The translations under genes and the position numbers were made by a program. Shown here piece by piece: positions 29,777 to 38,818 of a stretch of DNA of 64,000 nucleotides. Within the stretch, counting starts at the first letter, position 1, and each line of letters starts with the position of its first letter. The stretch is taken from IMG/VR virus record IMGVR_UViG_3300048121_001678, positions 1 to 64,000 of that record. The stretch is one strand, 5' to 3'. Under the pieces are notes generated by a model. That model made no database searches, was not told the DNA's origin, and saw only the letters and a program-made list of their open reading frames with translations.

Positions 29777-30583
29777 TAAATTGTCACCATCGTATTTCAT
29801 GGTTTCATAATTAGAATGCAAGTCTTTAATAAAATTTTCTATGTGTTTATTACATATTAATTTATTATCTAACTTAATAATTATGAATATTTGAAATATC
29901 ATTGATATTACTTGGGTTTCATCAATAATTGAATTATCATCTAACTTATTATCGTTAATAGTTAAAGACTTAAACTGATATTTTGGATAGTTTCTCTTAA
30001 GTTCCCTAACTAACTTTTTACTCCCACCACTTAAAAATACTTTTTCACCATCTTTAATTTTTTTAATAATTAAGTTTTTAGATTGTTCATATGTTAAGTC
30101 ATCCACATTCATTATTAAATGACTTTCCATTATAAGTCTTTCAAGAATATTAATGAAATTATCGTAATACTTATTTTCAATTTTAAATAAACTTAATAGA
30201 GTATTTTTAAAATCCTCACCCTTATTGAAATCTAAGTAATTTAATAAATCTCGATTATTATATAAATGTAGTACATCACAGTCATTATATACCGAATTAA
30301 AACTATCCGTTTCAAATGAATTTAAACCATCATTAGGAATGTCTAATAAATTTAATCTACCATAAGTGTATTCTTTACTATCCCAATCTCTTTCCCACCA
30401 ATTAATTTTAGACGTAAAATATTCGACTAAAGGAATACCTTCAGTATCGTTAATTCTAAAATTCCATCCATGAGTTTTTGCAAATATAAATGCAGCAACT
30501 GATGAGTGTAACTTCTCAATTAATGTTTGATTTGTAGAATTAAAAACTATAAATTTATTTGATAATGTTGGTACGTAATCCAT
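29759..30583 (-). CDS. Putative fucosyltransferase/NodZ-like glycosyltransferase (divergent)
   Basis: Weak resemblance only: SSVAAFIFAKTHGW..RI at the N-terminus and KVFLSGGS...ELK in the C-terminal half. Confidence 0.35.
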   Translation of the reverse strand: MDYVPTLSNKFIVFNSTNQTLIEKLHSSVAAFIFAKTHGWNFRINDTEGIPLVEYFTSKINWWERDWDSKEYTYGRLNLLDIPNDGLNSFETDSFNSVYNDCDVLHLYNNRDLLNYLDFNKGEDFKNTLLSLFKIENKYYDNFINILERLIMESHLIMNVDDLTYEQSKNLIIKKIKDGEKVFLSGGSKKLVRELKRNYPKYQFKSLTINDNKLDDNSIIDETQVISMIFQIFIIIKLDNKLICNKHIENFIKDLHSNYETMKYDGDNLLYKIN

Positions 30584-30628
30584 ATTTTTTTATTAAAAAA
30601 TAATTAATACTCAACAAAAAGAAATATC

Positions 30629-33600
30629 TTATAATAAACCTTTTTCTTTAGCAGTTTTTTCTAACTGTGTGATTTCAATTTCTTTACTTAACAAAATAGT
30701 ATTCTGTTGTTGTAATGCTTCTGTTACAACGGCAATTAAAATAGGGTAATTAACAAGCTTAGTACCATCAACTGACTCACTTATCGCTTGAGGAAAATAC
30801 TCCTCAACTTCCTGTGCAATAAAACCAACATTAGGAATGTTTGTAGTTTCTTGAGGAATACCATTAACTACTTCTCTCCATAAAAATGAAACACCTCTCA
30901 TATTGAGAATGCGGTCTAAAGCATCTGACATCACTCTATAGTTTTTCTTTAACCTTCTATCAGATGGTGGTCCTGGTGCACCAACATATCCTTTTGGTCC
31001 TTTATTACCTTGTGGTCCCGCATATCCTTTTGGTCCTTTAGCCCCTGGTTCTGCAGCTGGACCCTGTGGTCCGTAGTTCCCTTGTGGACCCTTAGGTCCG
31101 TCATTACCTGTTGCACCTCTATTACCTTTAAGACCCGTTGGTCCTTTTATTCCTTTATCTCCTGTTGGTCCTGTTGAACCTCCTGGACCTTGTGGTGATG
31201 CCCCTGTTGAACCTTGTGGTCCTCTGACTCCCTGTGTACCTCTAAAACCTTTTGGTCCACCAACACCTTTTGTACCTTTTGGTCCTGGATTCGCATATCC
31301 TTTTGGTCCTTTGTCGTTAGATGTCGGCCCTGTTGAACCTTGGTCACCAATGTCAATCGGTCCTTTATACCCTTTAACTCCTTTAACACCTACTGGTCCT
31401 GTTGAACCACCTGGTCCTGGATTGTTAGCACCTGTTGGCCCTGTTGAACCACCTGGACCTCTAACTCCCTGAGCACCTCTCGGTCCTTGTACCTTTGGTC
31501 CTTTATCACCACCTGGTCCTTGTGGTGACGCTCCTTGAGCACCTCTACCACCTTTCGGTGAATTACCTGTACCACCGACATTACCTCTGAAACCTTTTTC
31601 ACCAACATAACCTTTTGGCCCTTTAGTACCTTTATCTCCGACACCACCAGTATTACCTCTGTTACCTGTTGCACCTTTATAACCTTTTGGCCCTTTTGTA
31701 CCATCAGGTGCGGTTGGACCCTTGTTACCTTTTGGCCCTTTATCATTAGATGTTGGCCCTGTTGAACCTCCACCACCTATATCAATGTTACCTTTAAAAC
31801 CTTTAACCCCTTTTGTACCTACTGGTCCTGTTGAACCACCTGGTCCCGGATTATTAGCACCTGTTGGCCCTGTCGAACCTTGTCCTCCTCTAGCACCTTG
31901 TGACCCTCTTGGTCCTTGTACCTTTGGTCCTTTATCACCCGTAGAACCATTTTGATTAGAACCTTGATTACCTCTATTACCTTTCGGTGAGTTACCTTGT
32001 GGTCCTTTGGCACCTCTGAAACCTTTTGACCCTACAAGTCCTTTTGGTCCATCAGGTCCGGTTGCACCTCTATTACCTTGTGGGCCTGTAGTTCCACCTG
32101 TCCCTCGATTACCTTTTGGTCCATCAGGTGCAGTGTATCCTTTAGCACCTTTCTGTCCTTTATCACCACCTGGTCCTTGTGGTCCAGGATTTGCAGAACC
32201 CGTAGAACCTCCCGGTCCTTGTGTTGAATCACCTACAGGTCCTTGTAGACCTTGGCTACTTGCACCTTGAGGTCCTTGACCACCTTGACCACCAGTGTTA
32301 CCTTGTGCACCTTGTGGTGATGACCCTGTTGAACCTATTGGTCCTGTTGGTGATGACCCTGTTGAACCACCTGGTCCTTGTGGTGAATTACCCTGTGGTC
32401 CCTTGGGTCCTTGGTTCCCTTGGTAACCTTTTACACCTTTAGGTCCTTGTGAACCTTTGTAACCCTTTGGTCCTTTTGACCCTGCAGGTGCGATTGGCCC
32501 TTTTATACCTTTAGCACCTTGTCCACCCTTTTGTCCTTTTTGTCCCGTAGGTCCTGTTGAACCGCCGGGTCCTTGTGGACCTGGATTAGCGAATCCTTTT
32601 GGTCCTTTTGGCCCTGTATTAGATTGCCCTTTTTGTCCTTTAGGTCCTTGATTATTATCACCAGTAGCACCTGTTGAACCTCCACCTCCTGTATTACCTC
32701 TGTTACCTTGTGGTGAACTACCTGTAGCTCCTCTATTACCTTGTGGTGATGAACCTTGTGGTCCTTTAGCCCCCTGAGGTGAGTTACCTTGTGGTCCTTT
32801 AGTACCTTTATTACCTTTATTACCTTTATTACCTTTTGGTCCGTCAACACCCGTAGCACCTTTCGTACCTTTAGCTCCGTCAGCACCAGTAGTTCCTTTT
32901 TGACCTTTCTGACCTTTAGGTGCAGTTGGACCTTTTATACCTTTCTGACCTTTTTGTCCAGTAGGTCCTTGTGGCCCTTGATTACTATCTCCTGTTGAAC
33001 CTCCCGGTCCTTGTGTTGAATCACCTACAGGACCTTGACTACCTTGATTACTATCACCTGTCCCACCTTGGTTTCCTTGACTACCCTGTGAACCTTGTGG
33101 ACCCTGTGGTGATGCTCCTGTTGAACCTCCTGGACCTTGTGGTGATGCTCCTGTTGAACCTGTTGCCCCTTTTGGTGAGTTACCTTGGACTCCTTTGGAA
33201 CCAGTTCCACCTTTCTGTCCTTTATTACCCTTCGCACCTTGTGAACCTTTAAAACCTTTTAGACCTTTTGGTCCTGCAGGTGCTGTTGGCCCCTTGATTC
33301 CTTTTTGACCCGCAGGTGCTGTTGGTCCTTTATCGCCACCAGGTCCTTGTAAACCAACAGGTCCTTGTGCACCTTGATTTGAATCACCAATATCACCTTG
33401 TGGTCCTTGATTTGAATCACCTGTAGGACCTTTTGGTCCCACATTAACGTCACCCTGACCACCTTGTGGTCCTTGAGTTGACGACCCTACGTTACCTTGT
33501 GAGCCCTGAGTCCCTCTATTACCTTGTGGGCCCTGTGGTGATGCACCTGTTGAACCTTGTGGTCCTTGTGGTGAATTACCTTGAGAACCTTGTGGTCCTT

Positions 33601-34687
33601 GTGGTGAATTACCTTGTGGACCTTTTTGCCCTTTTGGTGAATTACCTTGGCTACCTTTAATACCTTTAATACCCTTAATACCTTTAAGACCTTTGTTTCC
33701 TAAACCACCTTTGAATCCTTTAGTACCCTTTGCACCTTGGTTACCCACAGGTCCCTTAATACCTTTTTGACCTTCGTTACCTTTTTGTCCTTTTTGTCCT
33801 GACTCACCTATTGGTCCTTTCTCACCATCTAAACCTATATTCTGTTCTCCTTTGACACCTTTTTGTCCTTGGAAATTATCACCATCAGAACCTTGTGAAC
33901 CTTGAGTAGAATCACCTACGGGTCCTTGTTGACCTGTTGGTCCTGTAGAACCTTCAGTACCTTGACCCCCTTGAGGTGAGTTACCTTGGAATCCTTTTAC
34001 ACCTTTTGGTGATTCACCAACTTGACCATCACCACCTTTTGGTGAATTACCTTGTGGTCCTTTTGCACCTTGTGGTGAATTACCCTGAGTACCTTTAGTA
34101 CCCTTAGTACCTTTTTGACCCTCAGGACCTTGGCTACCTTTTATCCCTTTTGTTCCTTTAAAACCTTTTTGACCTTTTTGACCTAACTCACCTTTTTGAC
34201 CATCAGAACCTTTAGTACCCTTAGTACCTTTTTCACCTACATCACCTTGTGTTCCTGTAATACCCTTAGCACCTTCGGTACCTTTAATACCTTTCTGTCC
34301 CTTTTCAGCATTGATAGATTGACCTTTTACACCTTGGTACCCTGTTGGTCCCTGAGGCCCTTTTTCTCCTTGTTCTGCAGTTGGAGCATTACTACCAACA
34401 TCACCAACACCACCTTTTTGTCCTTTCGCCGATGTGGCTGCCGGTCCTTGCCATACACCTAAATTATTAATCCTATCTTGATTATTAACTTTTACTTTAC
34501 CTGATGTAACATTAAATCGGGATGATGTTTCATATAATGGATTATTATTTAGAATAATTGCGTCTTCAACACCACCAAATATAAGTGTTTGATTAGTTTC
34601 ATCATATGATAGAGTAATCGTTGAATTACTACTACCTGAAAACTCAAATATACCACTCCCCGGTGTTATTTTTATATTTTTACCCAT
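30629..34687 (-). CDS. Collagen-like tail fibre 1 with C-terminal S74 intramolecular chaperone
   Basis: About 1150 aa of interrupted Gly-X-Y; PPSDRRLKKN...GFIAQEVEEYFP...VNY S74 motifs. Confidence 0.9.
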   Translation of the reverse strand: MGKNIKITPGSGIFEFSGSSNSTITLSYDETNQTLIFGGVEDAIILNNNPLYETSSRFNVTSGKVKVNNQDRINNLGVWQGPAATSAKGQKGGVGDVGSNAPTAEQGEKGPQGPTGYQGVKGQSINAEKGQKGIKGTEGAKGITGTQGDVGEKGTKGTKGSDGQKGELGQKGQKGFKGTKGIKGSQGPEGQKGTKGTKGTQGNSPQGAKGPQGNSPKGGDGQVGESPKGVKGFQGNSPQGGQGTEGSTGPTGQQGPVGDSTQGSQGSDGDNFQGQKGVKGEQNIGLDGEKGPIGESGQKGQKGNEGQKGIKGPVGNQGAKGTKGFKGGLGNKGLKGIKGIKGIKGSQGNSPKGQKGPQGNSPQGPQGSQGNSPQGPQGSTGASPQGPQGNRGTQGSQGNVGSSTQGPQGGQGDVNVGPKGPTGDSNQGPQGDIGDSNQGAQGPVGLQGPGGDKGPTAPAGQKGIKGPTAPAGPKGLKGFKGSQGAKGNKGQKGGTGSKGVQGNSPKGATGSTGASPQGPGGSTGASPQGPQGSQGSQGNQGGTGDSNQGSQGPVGDSTQGPGGSTGDSNQGPQGPTGQKGQKGIKGPTAPKGQKGQKGTTGADGAKGTKGATGVDGPKGNKGNKGNKGTKGPQGNSPQGAKGPQGSSPQGNRGATGSSPQGNRGNTGGGGSTGATGDNNQGPKGQKGQSNTGPKGPKGFANPGPQGPGGSTGPTGQKGQKGGQGAKGIKGPIAPAGSKGPKGYKGSQGPKGVKGYQGNQGPKGPQGNSPQGPGGSTGSSPTGPIGSTGSSPQGAQGNTGGQGGQGPQGASSQGLQGPVGDSTQGPGGSTGSANPGPQGPGGDKGQKGAKGYTAPDGPKGNRGTGGTTGPQGNRGATGPDGPKGLVGSKGFRGAKGPQGNSPKGNRGNQGSNQNGSTGDKGPKVQGPRGSQGARGGQGSTGPTGANNPGPGGSTGPVGTKGVKGFKGNIDIGGGGSTGPTSNDKGPKGNKGPTAPDGTKGPKGYKGATGNRGNTGGVGDKGTKGPKGYVGEKGFRGNVGGTGNSPKGGRGAQGASPQGPGGDKGPKVQGPRGAQGVRGPGGSTGPTGANNPGPGGSTGPVGVKGVKGYKGPIDIGDQGSTGPTSNDKGPKGYANPGPKGTKGVGGPKGFRGTQGVRGPQGSTGASPQGPGGSTGPTGDKGIKGPTGLKGNRGATGNDGPKGPQGNYGPQGPAAEPGAKGPKGYAGPQGNKGPKGYVGAPGPPSDRRLKKNYRVMSDALDRILNMRGVSFLWREVVNGIPQETTNIPNVGFIAQEVEEYFPQAISESVDGTKLVNYPILIAVVTEALQQQNTILLSKEIEITQLEKTAKEKGLL

Positions 34688-37600
34688 TATTCAACTATTG
34701 TTTTAAGTGTATTTAATCTATTTTGTAATTTCTCAATAATTACCATATGTTCTTGAACTGTACCAATACCTAAGTTGGTTATCAAATCATATTTTAAAAC
34801 ATGAACACCATCTTTATCTTTAAATATAACCTCGGGTAGTACTTCTTCAACTTCCTGAGCAATAAAACCTAATGACTCACCTTTTAATGTGGGTCTATGA
34901 GTTTTAGTAAAATTGTCATCATTCCATTCAAAATAAAGACCTTTTAACATTAAAAGTTTTTCTAAATTACCTTTTAACCCTTTTAAATTATCTTTATATC
35001 TAATATCCGATGCTGGACCTTGTGCTCCTGTTGGACCTTTATCACCTGTATTTCCTCTACCACCTTGTGGTCCCGTTGAACCTTGTGGCCCTACATCATC
35101 ATAACCTCTAGGTCCTTGTGGACCTTTTTGACCTTTCGGTCCTGGATTGGCATAACCTTTTGGTCCTTTAGTAGTGACCGCATCACCTTGAGCACCTTGA
35201 GCACCTCGTGCACCTTTACTTCCATCCACACCATCAGGACCATCATTGCCCGTGGCACCTCTGAAACCTTTAGCACCTTTATTACCCTTAGGTCCTTTGT
35301 CGTTAGATGCTGGACCTGTTGAACCTTGTGGACCCTGTGGTGATGCACCTGTTGAACCTTGTGGTCCTCTAACTCCTTGTGGTCCTCTATTACCTGTTTG
35401 TTTAGGCCCTTTATCTCCCGTAGGTCCTTGTGGTGACGCACCTGGCGCACCTCTATTACCTTTAGGTGAAACACCCTGTGGTCCTTTGGTTCCTCTGAAA
35501 CCTTTTTCACCAACATAACCTTTTGGCCCTTTAGCACCCTTATCTCCGACACCACCAGTGTTACCTCTATTACCTGTCGCACCTTTATAACCTTTTGGTC
35601 CTTTAGGTCCATCAGCTGCGTTATTACCAACATAACCTTTTGGACCTTTATCATTAGATGTTGGTCCTGTTGAACCACCATCACCAATGTCGATACCACC
35701 TTTATAACCTTTAACACCTTTAGCACCTACCGGTCCTGTTGAACCACCTGGTCCTGGATTGTTAGCACCTGTTGGTCCTGTTGAACCTCCACCCGCTCTA
35801 GCACCTTGTGGTCCTCTCGGTCCTTGAATAATTGGTCCTTTGTCCCCACCTGGTCCTTGTGGTGATGCACCTTGACTACCTCTATTACCTTTAGGTGAAG
35901 CACCCTGTGGTCCTTTGGCTCCCCTGAATCCTTTATTTCCAACAAAACCTTTTGGTCCCTTAGCACCTTTATCTCCAATACCACCAGTTCCACCTCTATT
36001 ACCTGTTGCACCTTTATTACCTTTTGGCCCTTTTGGACCATCAGGTGCGGTAAAACCTTTATAACCTTTCGGTCCTTTGTCGTTAGATGTCGGTCCTTTA
36101 GGTCCCGGATTTGCATAACCTTTAACACCTTTAGGTCCTGGATTTGCATAACCTTTTGGTCCTTTTGGTCCAGGATTGTTACTACCAACATCACCTGTTG
36201 AACCTCCATCACCTGTATTACCTCTTGGTCCTTGTGGTGAAGAACCAGTACCACCTCTATTACCTTTCGGCGATGTACCCGTTATACCTTTAGCACCTTG
36301 TGGTGAGTTACCTGTAGCTCCTTTAGTACCTTTAAGTCCTTTTTGCCCTTTTTGTCCTTTGGCTCCCGCTCCACCAGTAGCACCTCTATTACCTTTTGGT
36401 CCGTCAGCACCAGTGGCACCTCTATTACCTTTTGGTCCGTCAGGTGCAGTATATCCTTTGGTACCTTTATTACCTTTTGAACCCGTAGGTCCTTGTGGTC
36501 CTTGGTTACTATCACCTGTTGAACCACCTGGTCCTTGTGTTGAGTCACCTACGGGCCCTTGTGGTCCTTGATTACTATCTCCTGTTCCACCTTGGTTACC
36601 TTGGCTACCCTGTGAACCTTGTGGCCCTTGGGGAGATGCCCCTGTTGAACCTCCTGGACCTTGTGGTGATGCTCCTGTTGAGCCTGTCGCCCCTTTTGGT
36701 GAATTACCTTGAACCCCTTTGGCACCTTGTCCACCTTTATATCCTTTAACACCTTTAGGTCCTTGTGAACCTTTAAAACCTTTTAGACCTTTTGGTCCTG
36801 CAGGTGCTGTTGGTCCTTTAATACCTTTGGCACCTTGTCCACCCTTTTGTCCTTTTTGTCCCGTAGGACCTGTTGAACCACCGGGTCCTTGTGGTCCTGG
36901 ATTGGCTTGACCTTTTTGTCCTTTCGGTCCTGGATTGGCTTGACCTTTTTGTCCCTTATCACCAGGACTACTAATACCTGTAGGTCCTGTTGAACCTCCA
37001 CCTCCTGCACCACCTCTATTACCTTGTGGTGATGAACCCTGAGAACCTTGTGGTCCTTGCGGTGAGTTACCTTGTGGACCTTTAGCACCTTGTGGTGATG
37101 AGCCCTGTCCACCTTTTATTCCTTTTATACCTTTTATACCTTTGTTACCTTTTGGACCATCAGAACCTGTAGTACCTTTTGTACCTTTAGCACCATCAGC
37201 ACCTGTAGTACCTTTTTGACCTTTTTGACCATCAGGAGCAGTCGGACCTTTAACACCCTTTTGACCTTTTTGTCCCGTAGGACCTTGCTCTCCCTGATTA
37301 CTATCACCTGTTGAACCTTGTGGTCCTTGTGTTGAACTACCTGTTGAACCTTGTGGTCCTTGAGTTGAGGACCCAACCCCACCTTGATTACCTTGTGAAC
37401 CTTGATTACCTTGTGAACCCTGAGGTGAATTACCTTGTGGACCTTGTGCACCTTGTGGTGAAGAACCTGTAATTCCCTGTGGTCCTTGTGGTGAAACACC
37501 TTGAGGACCTTTCTGTCCTTTTGGTGAATTACCCTGAACACCTTTCTGTCCTTTAAAACCTTTTTCACCAATGTTACCTTTCGGCCCATTAGAACCCTTA

Positions 37601-38634
37601 AATCCTTTACTACCTTGGGAACCTTTTACACCTTTCTGTCCTTTATTACCTTGTGGTCCATCATTACCTTTCTGACCTTTTTGTCCTGACTCACCTATGG
37701 GTGCAATTGGTCCTTTGTCTCCACCTGGACCTGTAGAACCAGTTGGTCCTTGACCACCTTGATTCGTTTCACCCTTAGGACCTTTTTGTCCTGGTGTAGG
37801 GTCACCCTGTGGCCCTTGTGGTCCTTGATTACTATCACCTGTAGAACCACCTACTCCCTGTGGACCAGCACCACCTGTTCCTCCTCTTGGGGATGAACCT
37901 GTCGAACCTTGTGGACCCTGTGGTGAGTTACCCTGAGGACCTTTTAACCCTTTTGGTGAATTACCTTGGCTACCTTTAAAACCGTCAGAACCCTGACCGC
38001 CTTTTACACCTTTAAAACCTTTTGGTCCGTCAGGTGCAATATTTCCTTTATCACCTTTATTACCTGATGCACCTGTAATACCTTTTTGACCTTTTTGACC
38101 TTTCGGCGCCGTAGGACCTTTGATACCTTTGATACCCTTATTACCCTTTTGACCCTTTTCACCTACTTCACCAACTAATCCATTATCACCTTGTGAACCA
38201 TTATCACCTTGGAAGGTGTCACCTGTTGAACCTGTTTCTCCTGGATTATTTTGACCTGTCTGACCTTTTTGTCCTTTGAATAAAAGACCTTTATTACCCT
38301 TACTACCCGTACTACCTTTATCTCCTTTAACACCTTTCTCACCAGTATCACCTTTAGCACCAGGTGTTACACCATCACCTTTAGCACCTTTTAAACCCTT
38401 TTCACCAACAACACCGTCTATTCCTATATTACCCTTACTACCCTTATTTGGTTGGTTACCTTTCTCACCAATAGGACCTTTTAACCCCTTAATATTAGTT
38501 GTAGTAGCTGTCCAAATACCATCCTCATTTACTACGTCGATACCACCAACACGTAGACCTTTGTTCATCTTTGTTGGAACGTAAATTTTCATCCTTGTAG
38601 ATGCATCTGCTATGTGAAAAAGATTTTGTTTCAT
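34687..38634 (-). CDS. Collagen-like tail fibre 2 with S74 chaperone; lacks the shared N-terminal anchor
   Basis: Interrupted Gly-X-Y; PASDIRYKDN...GFIAQEVEEVLPE; TAATG coupling to fibre 1. Confidence 0.9.
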   Translation of the reverse strand: MKQNLFHIADASTRMKIYVPTKMNKGLRVGGIDVVNEDGIWTATTTNIKGLKGPIGEKGNQPNKGSKGNIGIDGVVGEKGLKGAKGDGVTPGAKGDTGEKGVKGDKGSTGSKGNKGLLFKGQKGQTGQNNPGETGSTGDTFQGDNGSQGDNGLVGEVGEKGQKGNKGIKGIKGPTAPKGQKGQKGITGASGNKGDKGNIAPDGPKGFKGVKGGQGSDGFKGSQGNSPKGLKGPQGNSPQGPQGSTGSSPRGGTGGAGPQGVGGSTGDSNQGPQGPQGDPTPGQKGPKGETNQGGQGPTGSTGPGGDKGPIAPIGESGQKGQKGNDGPQGNKGQKGVKGSQGSKGFKGSNGPKGNIGEKGFKGQKGVQGNSPKGQKGPQGVSPQGPQGITGSSPQGAQGPQGNSPQGSQGNQGSQGNQGGVGSSTQGPQGSTGSSTQGPQGSTGDSNQGEQGPTGQKGQKGVKGPTAPDGQKGQKGTTGADGAKGTKGTTGSDGPKGNKGIKGIKGIKGGQGSSPQGAKGPQGNSPQGPQGSQGSSPQGNRGGAGGGGSTGPTGISSPGDKGQKGQANPGPKGQKGQANPGPQGPGGSTGPTGQKGQKGGQGAKGIKGPTAPAGPKGLKGFKGSQGPKGVKGYKGGQGAKGVQGNSPKGATGSTGASPQGPGGSTGASPQGPQGSQGSQGNQGGTGDSNQGPQGPVGDSTQGPGGSTGDSNQGPQGPTGSKGNKGTKGYTAPDGPKGNRGATGADGPKGNRGATGGAGAKGQKGQKGLKGTKGATGNSPQGAKGITGTSPKGNRGGTGSSPQGPRGNTGDGGSTGDVGSNNPGPKGPKGYANPGPKGVKGYANPGPKGPTSNDKGPKGYKGFTAPDGPKGPKGNKGATGNRGGTGGIGDKGAKGPKGFVGNKGFRGAKGPQGASPKGNRGSQGASPQGPGGDKGPIIQGPRGPQGARAGGGSTGPTGANNPGPGGSTGPVGAKGVKGYKGGIDIGDGGSTGPTSNDKGPKGYVGNNAADGPKGPKGYKGATGNRGNTGGVGDKGAKGPKGYVGEKGFRGTKGPQGVSPKGNRGAPGASPQGPTGDKGPKQTGNRGPQGVRGPQGSTGASPQGPQGSTGPASNDKGPKGNKGAKGFRGATGNDGPDGVDGSKGARGAQGAQGDAVTTKGPKGYANPGPKGQKGPQGPRGYDDVGPQGSTGPQGGRGNTGDKGPTGAQGPASDIRYKDNLKGLKGNLEKLLMLKGLYFEWNDDNFTKTHRPTLKGESLGFIAQEVEEVLPEVIFKDKDGVHVLKYDLITNLGIGTVQEHMVIIEKLQNRLNTLKTIVE

Positions 38635-38677
38635 CGTTATATATAAATAGTTTAAGTAATTTAAATTTAAATTTTAA

Positions 38678-38818
38678 TTATGTCTCTTGTGAAAATAATA
38701 ACTCACCTGTTGTAGTCATCTCAATCATATAAGTCACCCCCGTACTTCCCGAGAATAAAACATGTGGGTTTGTATTTGCTGTAGTACCCGATGGGTAAAC
38801 AATTATAGTTTTAGCCAT
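38678..38818 (-). CDS. 46-aa stand-alone fibre-anchor-like peptide (not in ORF track)
   Basis: MAKTIIVYPSGTTANTNPHVLFSGSTGVTYMIEMTTTGELLFSQET resembles the N-termini of fibres 1 and 3; TAATG-coupled to fibre 3. Confidence 0.7.
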   Translation of the reverse strand: MAKTIIVYPSGTTANTNPHVLFSGSTGVTYMIEMTTTGELLFSQET

